Origin: Candidatus Omnitrophota bacterium | Lineage (GTDB): Bacteria; Ratteibacteria; UBA8468; MWAK01 | Assembly: GCA_043826355.1 (NCBI GenBank) | Contig: JBDRQI010000030.1 | Coordinates: 1 to 64,000 of the forward strand | Length of the DNA: 64,000 nucleotides | Direction: 5' to 3' | In this document: in pieces, positions 27,944 to 37,072 of the stretch | Numbering within the stretch: the first letter of the stretch is position 1 | Layout: each line of letters begins with the position of its first letter | The notes under the pieces: generated by a model | What the model was told of the DNA's origin: nothing | Database searches by the model: none | The model's input: only the letters and a program-made list of their open reading frames with translations | Position numbers and translations under genes: made by a program

Positions 27944-28078
27944 TTGTGGAGCTTCCATGGGCATAGCCCGTGGCACCACGCTCCACTTCGGTTGTCAGAC
28001 TGCGACGTACTCGGCGAGGCACCCTGTTACGCATTCCTCCCCGGGCAGAGCCCGGGGCCTCCTGCGAAGGCGGGTGAT
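27944..28078. repeat. Two-hairpin MITE-like element resembling IS200/IS605 ends
   Basis: CCATGGGC-ATA-GCCCGTGG (27955-73) and CCCCGGGC-AGA-GCCCGGGG (28039-57). Confidence 0.55.
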
Positions 28079-28123
28079 GGACAAATCGGTTCAGATTGGG
28101 GTAAAATAAAGATAGGGTTATTG

Positions 28124-28348
28124 ATGATACCGATAGATTTAAGTCTGGCTTTGGGTCTCTATCTTTTGATTGGGGTCGGAATCATAGCCCTGCTCTGGGT
28201 GGTTAGCGAAAGCCGCCGCCGGTCAGCCGATTTAAGTCCAAAGAAAAACCGGGAGTGGATCTGCGGTTTATGTTTACACCAATATATTGATAGCATCGCC
28301 GAGCGTTTTTCTCGCTGTCCCCGTTGCGGGAATTTGAATAAGAAGTGA
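28124..28348 (+). CDS. Small membrane protein with C-terminal Zn ribbon
   Basis: TM then CGLC...CPRCG. Confidence 0.7.
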   Translation: MIPIDLSLALGLYLLIGVGIIALLWVVSESRRRSADLSPKKNREWICGLCLHQYIDSIAERFSRCPRCGNLNKK

Positions 28349-28358
28349 TGCTTTATCG

Positions 28359-28421
28359 TGTCATCCTGAGGGAACATTAGCGACCGAAGGCCACCTTCGC
28401 ATTGCAGACGCCTCACAATGA
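28359..28421. repeat. TGTCATCCTGAG-type REP (degenerate)
   Basis: TGTCATCCTGAG...CGAAGG...CTCACAATGA; related to 54974. Confidence 0.55.
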
Positions 28422-28497
28422 GCGGCTTTGCCGCAACGGTGTCTACGCTGCGGCGGCCAGTCAGGCTTCGGGGTCTAGGCGAGCCAAAGGAGGGTCT

Positions 28498-28725
28498 ATG
28501 ATTACCAAAATTGGTTTTGTGGCTGGTGATATCTGGCAGTACCTGGACAAGAAACCGGAAGGCGCTCTGCTCAAAGAACTCTGCCGGGATATTGACGATC
28601 CGCGTGATTACCTTTTAATGAGCCTGGGCTGGCTGGCGCGGGAAGGACACGTAATTGTGAAAGAAACCAAGGTACCTGCCCGTGGTCCCCGCGACTACAA
28701 AGTAGTTTTGCGAAGGAAGAGCTAA
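28498..28725 (+). CDS. Winged-helix protein (DUF2582-like)
   Basis: IG..AG.IWQYL, LGWLAREG; AAGGAGG RBS. Confidence 0.8.
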   Translation: MITKIGFVAGDIWQYLDKKPEGALLKELCRDIDDPRDYLLMSLGWLAREGHVIVKETKVPARGPRDYKVVLRRKS

Positions 28726-28739
28726 CTTGGCTGCCTTAA

Positions 28740-29010
28740 GGGTCTGTCTCATAATAAAATTGCCTATTTGCCAGAGGCGATTTTGGAGCGAGACAAGGAG
28801 CGAAGAAGATTGCGTAATCACTGTACTGCTCAAGCAATGAGCGACGCAGTCGCAACCCAAAACAACCCGGCCCTTCGGGGAGTCCCGTCTTTGGGTCTTT
28901 GCGGCGTTGCTCCTCGTCCGTGTGCCGCAGTGGGCACACGGATTTCGTCGCGCCTGACACTGACCTAAATCCGGGACTCCCATTAGGCAATTTTATTATG
29001 AGACAGACCT
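28740..29010. mobile_element. MITE with 26-bp perfect terminal inverted repeats and TAA/TTAAG flanking duplication
   Basis: GGTCTGTCTCATAATAAAATTGCCTA (28741-66) is the reverse complement of 28984-29009; TTAAG on both flanks. Confidence 0.85.
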
Positions 29011-30023
29011 TAAGAATCGGCGTAGTTGGCGCCTCCGGAGCCGTAGGCCGTCGGATGATCTCCATTCTGGAGGAGCGTAATTTTCCGGTGGATACCCTTC
29101 GTCTCTTTGCTTCCGAGCGTTCTGAGGGGAAGGCCATTCTTTTTCGGGGCAACCCGGTTCAAATTGAGCGTTTGACCCCGAATTCATTTGACCGGAATAT
29201 TGACCTGCTCTTTTTCTCCGCCGGCACTGCCATCAGCCGGGAATATGCGCCGATTGCGGCCAGATTAGGAATTTTTGTAGTTGACAATTCCTCCTGCTGG
29301 CGCATGGAAGAGGCGGTGCCCCTGGTGGTACCCGAAGTAAATTCAGATGCGCTGCGGCCGGAGAAAAAGATAATCGCCAATCCCAACTGTTCCACAATTC
29401 AAATGGTATGCGTGCTCCACCCCCTGCACCTGCGGGCGCGTATCAAAAGAATTATCGTTTCAACCTATCAGGCGGTTTCCGGCGCCGGCCAGAAAGCGGT
29501 TGTGGAACTGGAATCCCAAATCAAGACCCTGGCGGAAGGAAACCGGGTAAGCCCGGTTGTTTTTCCGCATCAGATTGCCCATAATCTCATTCCCCAGATA
29601 GACGTTTTTTTGGAAAATGGTTACACCAAAGAAGAGATGAAGATGGTTAACGAAACCCGGAAGATTTTGGGCGATGATTCCCTGATGATTACCGCAACCT
29701 GCGTGAGGGTTCCGGTTTATGTCGGTCACAGCGAGGCAGTGACCGTTGATTTTGCCGGGAGACTTTCTGCCGCAGAGGCAACCGAAATTCTGAAATCTGC
29801 TCCGGGAATAGCGGTTGTTGATGATCCGGAAAAATCATTATATCCGTTGCCAGTCCTGTCCGCGGGTCGGGACGAGGTTTTCGTCGGCCGCATCCGTAAA
29901 GATCTTTCCGTGGAGAACGGGATATCGTTCTGGGTGGTGTCCGATAATTTGCGTAAGGGCGCAGCATTGAATGCGGTGCAGATCGGGGAATTACTGATTC
30001 AAAAAAAATATTTTTCCCGATAG
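28998..30023 (+). CDS. asd: Aspartate-semialdehyde dehydrogenase
   Basis: VVGASGAVG, DNSS, VVPEVN, ANPNCST, STYQAVSGAG, DNLRKGAALN. Confidence 0.97.
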   Translation: MRQTLRIGVVGASGAVGRRMISILEERNFPVDTLRLFASERSEGKAILFRGNPVQIERLTPNSFDRNIDLLFFSAGTAISREYAPIAARLGIFVVDNSSCWRMEEAVPLVVPEVNSDALRPEKKIIANPNCSTIQMVCVLHPLHLRARIKRIIVSTYQAVSGAGQKAVVELESQIKTLAEGNRVSPVVFPHQIAHNLIPQIDVFLENGYTKEEMKMVNETRKILGDDSLMITATCVRVPVYVGHSEAVTVDFAGRLSAAEATEILKSAPGIAVVDDPEKSLYPLPVLSAGRDEVFVGRIRKDLSVENGISFWVVSDNLRKGAALNAVQIGELLIQKKYFSR

Positions 30024-30050
30024 GGTCAGTTTTATTATGAAACAGACCCT
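30022..30050. repeat. Collapsed mini-copy of the same MITE (two TIR ends only)
   Basis: AGGGTCAGTTTT-ATTA-TGAAACAGACCCT between asd and truA. Confidence 0.7.
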
Positions 30051-30795
30051 TAAGCTTGTTGTTTCTTACCGGGGCACCGATTTCTGCGGGTGGCAAAAAC
30101 AGGGAAACGGTAATTCCCTGCAAGAAACCGTAGAAGGGGCCCTGGCGCGTATATTGTGCGAGAAGACTGGAGTCATTGCTTCCGGCAGGACGGATGCCGG
30201 TGTGCACAGCCTGGGCCAGGTGGTGGCGTTTCAAACGGGTGTCCATCGTTCAACTGAAAAGATAAGACAGGGGTTAAATGGGCTTCTTCCCGAGAGCGTT
30301 CGGGTTCTTTCCGTTCAGAAGGTATCCGATGATTTTCACCCCCAGTTTCAGGCGAAAAAGAAGGCCTATCGTTATCTGGTTCAGAACACGAGCGTGGCAA
30401 ACCCCTTTTTTTCACCCTGCGCCTACTTCTTTTCGGAAAAATTGAACCTGACAAAGATGCGGCAGGCAGCCGCGTACCTGGTCGGCCGGCACGATTTTAG
30501 CGCTTTTCAGGCCAGCGGCAGGAAAGTTAAGGACCCGGTACGAACTGTTTACAGTTTGACAATAAGAGAGGAATCCGCAGACCTCTTCCAGGCGGGTGGG
30601 CTGATTGGCATTACCGTTGTGGGCAGCGGTTTTCTCTATAAGATGGTCCGCAATATCGTTGGTACGCTTCTGGAAGTCGGGCGGGGTAAAATCAAGCCGG
30701 AGACGGTACAAGATATTTTGAAATCAGGTGACCGGAGAAAAGCCGGCAAGACCATGCCGGCGTACGGCCTTACTTTATTGTGGGTAAAGTATTAA
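30037..30795 (+). CDS. truA: tRNA pseudouridine(38-40) synthase
   Basis: Y.GT.FCGWQ.Q, SGRTDAGVH, GFLYKMVRNIVG. Confidence 0.97.
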   Translation: MKQTLKLVVSYRGTDFCGWQKQGNGNSLQETVEGALARILCEKTGVIASGRTDAGVHSLGQVVAFQTGVHRSTEKIRQGLNGLLPESVRVLSVQKVSDDFHPQFQAKKKAYRYLVQNTSVANPFFSPCAYFFSEKLNLTKMRQAAAYLVGRHDFSAFQASGRKVKDPVRTVYSLTIREESADLFQAGGLIGITVVGSGFLYKMVRNIVGTLLEVGRGKIKPETVQDILKSGDRRKAGKTMPAYGLTLLWVKY

Positions 30796-30803
30796 CCAAA
30801 TTT

Positions 30804-30882
30804 TGTCATCATTCCCGCATGTATTAGGCGGGAATCAACACCTATTGGTTTGGATTCCCACTTACTATCCGTGGGAATGACA
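30804..30882. repeat. TCATTCCCGC-type REP doublet
   Basis: TCATTCCCGC..GCGGGAATC / GGATTCCCAC..GTGGGAATGACA; half copy at 33453-33480. Confidence 0.75.
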
Positions 30883-30897
30883 ATACTTTTTTAAAAT

Positions 30898-31752
30898 ATG
30901 GTTATAAAATCCAACGAACCGCTGGCAAATCACACCACTTTTAAAATCGGAGGCAGGGCCGCTCTTTTTGCCGAGCCGGAGAACCTCTGCGAAGTAAAAG
31001 AACTGATCGGTCAGGCAAGAGAAAAAAGCCGGCCATTTTTTGTCCTGGGCGCCGGCAGTAACCTTTTGGTCCGGGATGAAGGTTTTGACGGTATCGTTAT
31101 TTTCACCCGGCGGCTTAACCGGATTTCGCAGGCCGGCAGATATCTTCTGGTGGAAAGCGGGGTCCCTGTTTCGCAAATACTTAAATTCGGGGTAAAATAT
31201 AACCTGGCCGGACTTGAATTTCTGGCCGGGATTCCCGGGTCGCTGGGCGGCGTTTTGCTTATGAATTCCGGAGTTAAAGAAAGGTCTGTTTCTGAAGTGG
31301 TCGCCGGGATAAAAGTGCTGGATGCAAACCTGGAGGAAGTAGAGTTGATTGCCGCGGAAGCATCTTTCTCTTACCGTTCTTCTAATTTGTCCCGTTTTCC
31401 GTTTATTGTTTCCGCAAATTTGGAGGCGAGACCGGTTGCACGGAACGATGAAATAAAACGGAAGATAAACGCTTATATTTTCGGGCGAAACAGCAGTCAG
31501 CCCAGAGAGTATCCGTCCGCCGGTTCCATATTCAAGAATCCAATTGGTGACGCGGCCGGGCGTTTGATTGAGTCAGCCGGTTGTAAAGGGTGGCGCCAGG
31601 GAGGTGCGGTTGTTTCGGATAAGCACGCTAATTTTATCCTCAACATTGATAATGCGACCGCTTCCGACGTGCTTGGTTTAATCGGAAAAATTCAGGAAAC
31701 GGTTTATGCCAAATTCGGTGTTAAGTTAGAGTTGGAAATAAAAATTGTATGA
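30898..31752 (+). CDS. murB: UDP-N-acetylmuramate dehydrogenase
   Basis: HTTFKIGG, LGAGSNLL, GIPGSLGG, SAGSIFKNP, KHANF. Confidence 0.96.
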   Translation: MVIKSNEPLANHTTFKIGGRAALFAEPENLCEVKELIGQAREKSRPFFVLGAGSNLLVRDEGFDGIVIFTRRLNRISQAGRYLLVESGVPVSQILKFGVKYNLAGLEFLAGIPGSLGGVLLMNSGVKERSVSEVVAGIKVLDANLEEVELIAAEASFSYRSSNLSRFPFIVSANLEARPVARNDEIKRKINAYIFGRNSSQPREYPSAGSIFKNPIGDAAGRLIESAGCKGWRQGGAVVSDKHANFILNIDNATASDVLGLIGKIQETVYAKFGVKLELEIKIV

Positions 31753-32630
31753 AGACAGTGGTGGTATTAGCCGGCGGAGATTCTCCGGAAAGGAAAGTAT
31801 CTCTTCACAGCGGGGCCGGTGTGGCCCGGGCACTGAAAGAGACCGGGTTTGCCGTAAAAGTTTTAGACCCAATTAAACCGGATTTCCCGGAAAAATTATT
31901 AGACGTGAAAAATATATATGCCGTTTTCATCGCTTTGCACGGCGGTCAAGGAGAAGACGGAACGATTCAGGGATTTTTGGAAACTCTTGGATTGCCTTAC
32001 ACCGGGAGCGGGATACTGGCCAGCGCCCTGGCCATGGACAAAATTATTTTAAAACAACTTTTAATCTCGGCCGGGTTGCCGGTTCCGCCCGCCTGTCACC
32101 CCCCTTCCTTTCCGTTAGTTGTCAAGCCGGCTCACGGTGGGTCTACGCTGGGAATCTCAATTGTCAAAAGAAAAACTGACTTGGTCTCTGCCCTTGAGCT
32201 TGCCCGAAAATACGATGCCCGAATTTTAATAGAAAAGTTTATCCCTGGAAATGAAATTACCATCGGTATTTTGGGTAATGAAAATCCCCGGATACTGCCT
32301 GCCGTTCAGATTGTGCCGGCCGGCGGTTTTTATGATTACCAGGCAAAATATACGCCGGGCGGCAGCCGGCATTTGATACCGCCGGAACTGCCGCGGAAGT
32401 GGGTAAGTCAAGCAGGTAAAGTGGTGCTTGCCGCTCACCGGTTATTAGGTTGCCGCGGGTTTTCGCGCAGCGAGGTTATCATCGACCAAAAAGGTAAACC
32501 TTATCTTTTAGATGTTAATACGATACCGGGTTTCACCGCAACCAGTCTTTTTCCGGAGGCCGCAGCCGCGGCCGGTATTTCGTTCGGAGAATTAACCGGA
32601 CAGTTAGTGGAATTGGCCAGAGAAAAATAG
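31749..32630 (+). CDS. ddl: D-alanine--D-alanine ligase
   Basis: GGDSPER.VSL, ALHG..GEDG, YDY.AKY, VNTIPG.T..S. Confidence 0.95.
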   Translation: MKTVVVLAGGDSPERKVSLHSGAGVARALKETGFAVKVLDPIKPDFPEKLLDVKNIYAVFIALHGGQGEDGTIQGFLETLGLPYTGSGILASALAMDKIILKQLLISAGLPVPPACHPPSFPLVVKPAHGGSTLGISIVKRKTDLVSALELARKYDARILIEKFIPGNEITIGILGNENPRILPAVQIVPAGGFYDYQAKYTPGGSRHLIPPELPRKWVSQAGKVVLAAHRLLGCRGFSRSEVIIDQKGKPYLLDVNTIPGFTATSLFPEAAAAAGISFGELTGQLVELAREK

Positions 32631-32637
32631 AGCGCTC

Positions 32638-32665
32638 GGGTTTCTGTTTCGCGAAACAGAAACCC
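32638..32665. repeat. Perfect 28-bp palindrome (REP-like)
   Basis: GGGTTTCTGTTTCG-CGAAACAGAAACCC. Confidence 0.8.
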
Positions 32666-32717
32666 TCGTTTGAAGGAGAACTAACTGCAACCACAAACAG
32701 CCCAAAATTTTTAGTAT

Positions 32718-33443
32718 ATGAAGAAAAGAAGGGCGCGAAAATTCAAAAGCAGATACGCAAAGCAGGAAAATTATCAGAAACGTTTCTGGCGTTTTCTGGT
32801 CTTTATGGCCGCAATGCCGGCGCTTATTTATCTCGTCTATTGCCTGTCCGACGGTATCCTGTATAGCCCGTTTTTCAAGATTAAAAAAATTACGGTGGAC
32901 GTTTCAAATTTTGACCTTTCATCTTTTTACGGTCAGAACATATTTACCGTTTCCCTTGCGGAAATAGCTGACCGGGTCCGGAATGACCCCTGGGTTTCTG
33001 AAGTAACCGTTCACCGTACTTTTCCCGGCACCCTGCATGTTTCTGTTATCCCGCGGGTTCCTTTTGCGTATCTTGTGCTGCCGACTAAGCGTTTTCTGAT
33101 GACCAGGGATGGAATGATTGTTCCGGAGGAAAAATGTTCTGATAAACCGGCGTTGGAAATTTACGGCTTAACGCCGACTGATTTACCCGGTTCAATCTTG
33201 CCGGCTGTCTCGGTTTTTGACGATTGCCGTTCTTTGGTTTCTTTACAGTCAGTGGCATTTTTCCCCAGTTTCCTGACTCTTACCCTCAATACCGGAGAGC
33301 TGATTTATTTACCGAAAGAGTCTCTGAGAGAAAAACTACCCGTTTTTCGCCGGTTACTTGCTGAATTTCAAAAGAAAGGTTTAAGATATAAGTATCTTGA
33401 TCTGCGTTTTGACGACCCGGTTTTTTTGCCGGTATCGGAATAA
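32718..33443 (+). CDS. ftsQ: Cell division protein FtsQ/DivIB
   Basis: TM + POTRA (PWV..V.V.R.FP), C-terminal YLDLRF; dcw context. Confidence 0.85.
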   Translation: MKKRRARKFKSRYAKQENYQKRFWRFLVFMAAMPALIYLVYCLSDGILYSPFFKIKKITVDVSNFDLSSFYGQNIFTVSLAEIADRVRNDPWVSEVTVHRTFPGTLHVSVIPRVPFAYLVLPTKRFLMTRDGMIVPEEKCSDKPALEIYGLTPTDLPGSILPAVSVFDDCRSLVSLQSVAFFPSFLTLTLNTGELIYLPKESLREKLPVFRRLLAEFQKKGLRYKYLDLRFDDPVFLPVSE

Positions 33444-33494
33444 AACATAATATCATTCCCGCGTGTATTAGGCGGGAACCCAAACCTTAATCTT

Positions 33495-34712
33495 ATGGCA
33501 ACAAACGGAAACGATTTTTTGGCTGGTGTTGAAATTGGTTCGGATAAAACATCAGTTGTTGTGGCGACTCCCCAGGGAGACGGTTTTAAAGTTTTGGGGT
33601 TTGTCACCGTTCCCACGGTGGGGTTGAAAAACGGCGCGGTTACCAGCATTCCAGAATTGAGCGCTACGGTGGAAAAAGCCGTGATGGAAGCGGAGTCTTT
33701 ATCCGGTAAAGCGATTCGTTCCGTAAACCTGTGTCTTTTTGGGGATTATTTTCGCGTTGATAAAAGGCAGGGGTCTTTTGAAATCAGGAATCGCCAGGGT
33801 GAGGTGACGGAAACCGACCGGCAGGAAGTGGTTAAGAAAGTTTTTCCCGGCGCCTCTTCCGAATACGAAATCGTTCACACCATAGTGCAGGAGTATTTAT
33901 TAGATGAACGTCGGCAGATAAAGAATCCGGTAGGAATGTCCGGTGAACGTCTTGGTGTCGGTCTCTTTACGGTGATGGCAGTCGCTAAGCGGGTTAAAGA
34001 CCTGAAACGCTGCCTGGAAGAAGTAGGTCTGGAAACAAAGTCAATCTTTTTTGCGCCGTTGGTGGCGGCCAAAGCGGTTCTTACTCCGGAGGAGCTGGAA
34101 TCCGGGGTGGCTTATTTTGATTTTGGACGAAGCGCCTCCACTCTTTTAATTTTTGAACCTACACTACGGGAGATTGAGATCCTGGGTCGTGGGGGCGACC
34201 GGATTAATTATGCCCTTGCTGTTTGTCTCAAAACTACTTCCATTGAGTCGGAAAGAATCAAGAAGGAGTATGGTTCCTGCCTGCTGGATGTGGAACCCCG
34301 GGAATTATCGTTCGCTAACGTTCAAGGGGAATCGAAACAAACAACCAACCGCCGTGAGGTAGCCGAGATTATCGAGGCGGAATTAAAAGACATGTTGATT
34401 CCTTTTCAGTCGATTTTTCTGAAATACCGTCCGGTGTTTACCGCGGGTCTGGTTCTGGGCGGCGGCGGCGCTCTTTTGCCGGGTTTGCCGGAATTTCTGG
34501 AATCGGAACTGGAGATGCCGGTTCGAATCGGAACCGTTCCCCGGTTTCACGGATGGGAAAAAGTTTTGAAAAATCCGGCCTATAATGCGGTCTTGGGCGT
34601 CGTGCAGGCTGCGGCGGAAAAGCATACAGACAAAGACCAGAACGGCTCCCGGAAATCAGGTCTCAGGAAAGTATTTAGCAAAGCGAAACGTTTTTGGAAC
34701 GAGTTGTTTTAA
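33495..34712 (+). CDS. ftsA: Cell division protein FtsA
   Basis: EIGS.K, NPVGMSG, GGGA.LPG, C-terminal amphipathic helix; before ftsZ. Confidence 0.92.
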   Translation: MATNGNDFLAGVEIGSDKTSVVVATPQGDGFKVLGFVTVPTVGLKNGAVTSIPELSATVEKAVMEAESLSGKAIRSVNLCLFGDYFRVDKRQGSFEIRNRQGEVTETDRQEVVKKVFPGASSEYEIVHTIVQEYLLDERRQIKNPVGMSGERLGVGLFTVMAVAKRVKDLKRCLEEVGLETKSIFFAPLVAAKAVLTPEELESGVAYFDFGRSASTLLIFEPTLREIEILGRGGDRINYALAVCLKTTSIESERIKKEYGSCLLDVEPRELSFANVQGESKQTTNRREVAEIIEAELKDMLIPFQSIFLKYRPVFTAGLVLGGGGALLPGLPEFLESELEMPVRIGTVPRFHGWEKVLKNPAYNAVLGVVQAAAEKHTDKDQNGSRKSGLRKVFSKAKRFWNELF

Positions 34713-34763
34713 TTCGTATTTGCGGTAATCGGCGTTCGATTAGTTTGAACGAGAGGCGGAGAC

Positions 34764-35888
34764 ATGTTAAAAATTAAACCGGAAGAGAACAACACCGGAG
34801 TTAAAATCAAGGTGGTGGGTGTCGGCGGCGCCGGCGGTAACGCGGTCAGCCGGATGGTGGAGCGCCTTTCCGGTGTTGACCTGGTAGCGATTAATACCGA
34901 TAGCCAGGCATTATTTGCGGCGGCCGTTCCGATTAAACTCCAGATTGGCCGACGGTTGACAGAAGGTCTGGGTACCGGCGCTAATCCGGAAATGGGAAAA
35001 TTTGCCGCCAATGAGGACCGGGCGCAGATTTCCGAACTCTTAAAAGGGGTTAAAGTTGTCTTTTTAACCTGCGGACTCGGTGGCGGGACCGGGACCGGCG
35101 CCGGACCGGTAGTTGCCAAGATCGCCAAAGATAACGGCGCCATCGTAATCGGTTTCGTCACCCTGCCTTTTGCTTTTGAGGGTAACCTCCGGATGGAGAT
35201 CGCTCGCGAAGGACTTACGGAATTGCGCAAACACCTTGATACGCTGATTACAGTTTCCAACGAGAAGATATTTGAGATTGCTTCTCCGGATACGTCCCTG
35301 ACGGCTGCTTTCGCGATGGTGGATGCAATCCTTTACCAGGGGGTGGCGTCTATTTCCGACCTGATTACCCAGCCGGGCATTATGAACCTGGATTTCGCCG
35401 ACCTGCGCAAGATCGTGGAAGATGGCGGCGATGGTTTAATGGGGACCGGTTCGGCCGGAGAAGGACCTAACCGCCCGGAAGAAGCAGCCCGGATGGCTAT
35501 CAGCAACCCGTTCTTAAAGAGAGAAGAACTGGTCACCGCGCGCAGTGTTCTCATCAGCATCGCCGGCGGTGATAATTTAGGCATTTTTGATGTGCGTAAG
35601 GTTGCGGATACGATTTACGAATCGCTCACGCCCGAGGCCGAACGATTTTGTGGAACCGTGGTTGACCCGCGGTTGGGCAGCGCGATTAAAGTTACGGTAA
35701 TTGCCACCGGGTTAAAAAACGTTGATACCGCGTCCGACAAGAAAGAAAAGGAGAAGGAACAACTGGCACGCCAGCCGCGCCGAAAAGAAAAAGAGGAAAA
35801 GACGGAAGAAACTTCTATTTTTGCAACCCCAAGCATCCTGCATGATGAGCCAGCCATATTAAGGAGAAAAAGAGAGGCAGGAGTTTAG
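34764..35888 (+). CDS. ftsZ: Cell division protein FtsZ
   Basis: GVGGAGGNA, GLGGGTGTG, PFAFEG, NLDFAD. Confidence 0.97.
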   Translation: MLKIKPEENNTGVKIKVVGVGGAGGNAVSRMVERLSGVDLVAINTDSQALFAAAVPIKLQIGRRLTEGLGTGANPEMGKFAANEDRAQISELLKGVKVVFLTCGLGGGTGTGAGPVVAKIAKDNGAIVIGFVTLPFAFEGNLRMEIAREGLTELRKHLDTLITVSNEKIFEIASPDTSLTAAFAMVDAILYQGVASISDLITQPGIMNLDFADLRKIVEDGGDGLMGTGSAGEGPNRPEEAARMAISNPFLKREELVTARSVLISIAGGDNLGIFDVRKVADTIYESLTPEAERFCGTVVDPRLGSAIKVTVIATGLKNVDTASDKKEKEKEQLARQPRRKEKEEKTEETSIFATPSILHDEPAILRRKREAGV

Positions 35889-35910
35889 GGTAAAACATTT
35901 ATTTATTCAC

Positions 35911-36552
35911 GTGAAAATTTTAATTACCGCCGGTCCCACCCGGGAATGGCTTGACCCGGTCAGATTTATCAGCAATCCGGCTACCGGGAGATTAGGATAT
36001 CTGTTGGCGGCCGAAGGCAGGAAACGCGGCTACGAAGTTATTCTGGTCAGCGGTCCGACCCATATCGAGCCGCCGGGCGGAGTAGTTTTTGTCCCGGTGG
36101 AGAGCGCCCGGCAGATGGAGGCAAAGGTTCTGCAGTTTTTCCCGGAAGCAGATTGTCTTTTTATGACGGCCGCGGTGAGCGACTGGCGGCCGCGTTTCCG
36201 CCGCAACAAGATTAAACACAAAAAAGGAATCAAGCTGACTCTTTTTCCCAATCCGGACATCCTTTCTGCTTGCGGAAAGATTAAAAGGCCGGACCAGGTT
36301 TTAGTAGGTTTTGCGCTGGAAACCAGGCGCCTGATTGAGGAGGGAAAAAGGAAAATGAGGGAAAAACGGTTGGATTACATTCTGGTGAATGACCCGAATT
36401 TTTTTGGAAAAGAAAAAGGGAGACACGCCTCCTTGTTTATTTCGCGGAAAGGAAAAGTTATTGATTTGTCAAACCATTCCAAGGAGGATATCTCCCGTTT
36501 TCTTTTTGAGCACTGTTTAATTATCTGCAACAACCCTTCTTCGCTTTCTTAA
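35911..36552 (+). CDS. coaB: Phosphopantothenate--cysteine ligase (stand-alone CoaB domain)
   Basis: ITAGPTRE.LDPVRFISN, AAVSD, NPDIL, VGFALET. Confidence 0.9.
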   Translation: MKILITAGPTREWLDPVRFISNPATGRLGYLLAAEGRKRGYEVILVSGPTHIEPPGGVVFVPVESARQMEAKVLQFFPEADCLFMTAAVSDWRPRFRRNKIKHKKGIKLTLFPNPDILSACGKIKRPDQVLVGFALETRRLIEEGKRKMREKRLDYILVNDPNFFGKEKGRHASLFISRKGKVIDLSNHSKEDISRFLFEHCLIICNNPSSLS

Positions 36553-36607
36553 CTTTTTTCTTGGCTGCTTTTTTGACAACTTTTTTCTTGGCTGCTTTTT
36601 TTGCCAC
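36521..36607 (-). CDS. 28-aa Lys/Ala-rich peptide MAKKAAKKKVVKKAAKKKVKKAKKGCCR
   Basis: GGGAGGTGA RBS + GTG; histone-H1-like composition; below the ORF-track cutoff. Confidence 0.65.
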   Translation of the reverse strand: MAKKAAKKKVVKKAAKKKVKKAKKGCCR

Positions 36608-36687
36608 TTTTAAATCACCTCCCTTATTGTTTTGCCCGTTGTATTTTTTAATTGGTTTTTTAGCATCAAACGCTTTTTCCAATAATT

Positions 36688-36741
36688 TTACTTTTTCTTC
36701 TTAGCTGTTTTCTTGGCTGCTTTTTTTGCTTTCTTGGCCAC
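36688..36741 (-). CDS. 17-aa Lys/Ala-rich peptide MAKKAKKAAKKTAKKKK
   Basis: AAGGAGGTGA RBS + GTG; paralogous to the downstream peptide. Confidence 0.6.
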   Translation of the reverse strand: MAKKAKKAAKKTAKKKK

Positions 36742-37072
36742 CGATATCACCTCCTTTTCAAAAAAATTAAAATGATTGCGTCAATTTATCAGAAACCGAC
36801 AAACAACCTTCACTTCTGGATACATAGTAAAACATATATCAAAACATTTGTCAAGTTTTTTTTTGTGTGTTAAAATAAACCGCGGGGAAAAAGTTGGTTA
36901 ATGCTAAGGAATATCGCATTTTTTTGGATGAGATTTATCGACGCTGTTATTTTTTTATCCGCATTTGGTAAGTGGGGGAAAGAATTTCGTTTTTCAATTT
37001 GCGTGTAAATATTGTGTAGTTGCCGGGTTTGTTTGGCATTTTTATTTTTTTCCTTAAACTGAGAGAGGTATT

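Noticed and set aside
27912..28034. preQ1 riboswitch or longer QueF N-terminus
   Set aside because: No preQ1 motif seen; the region is a promoter plus repeat element
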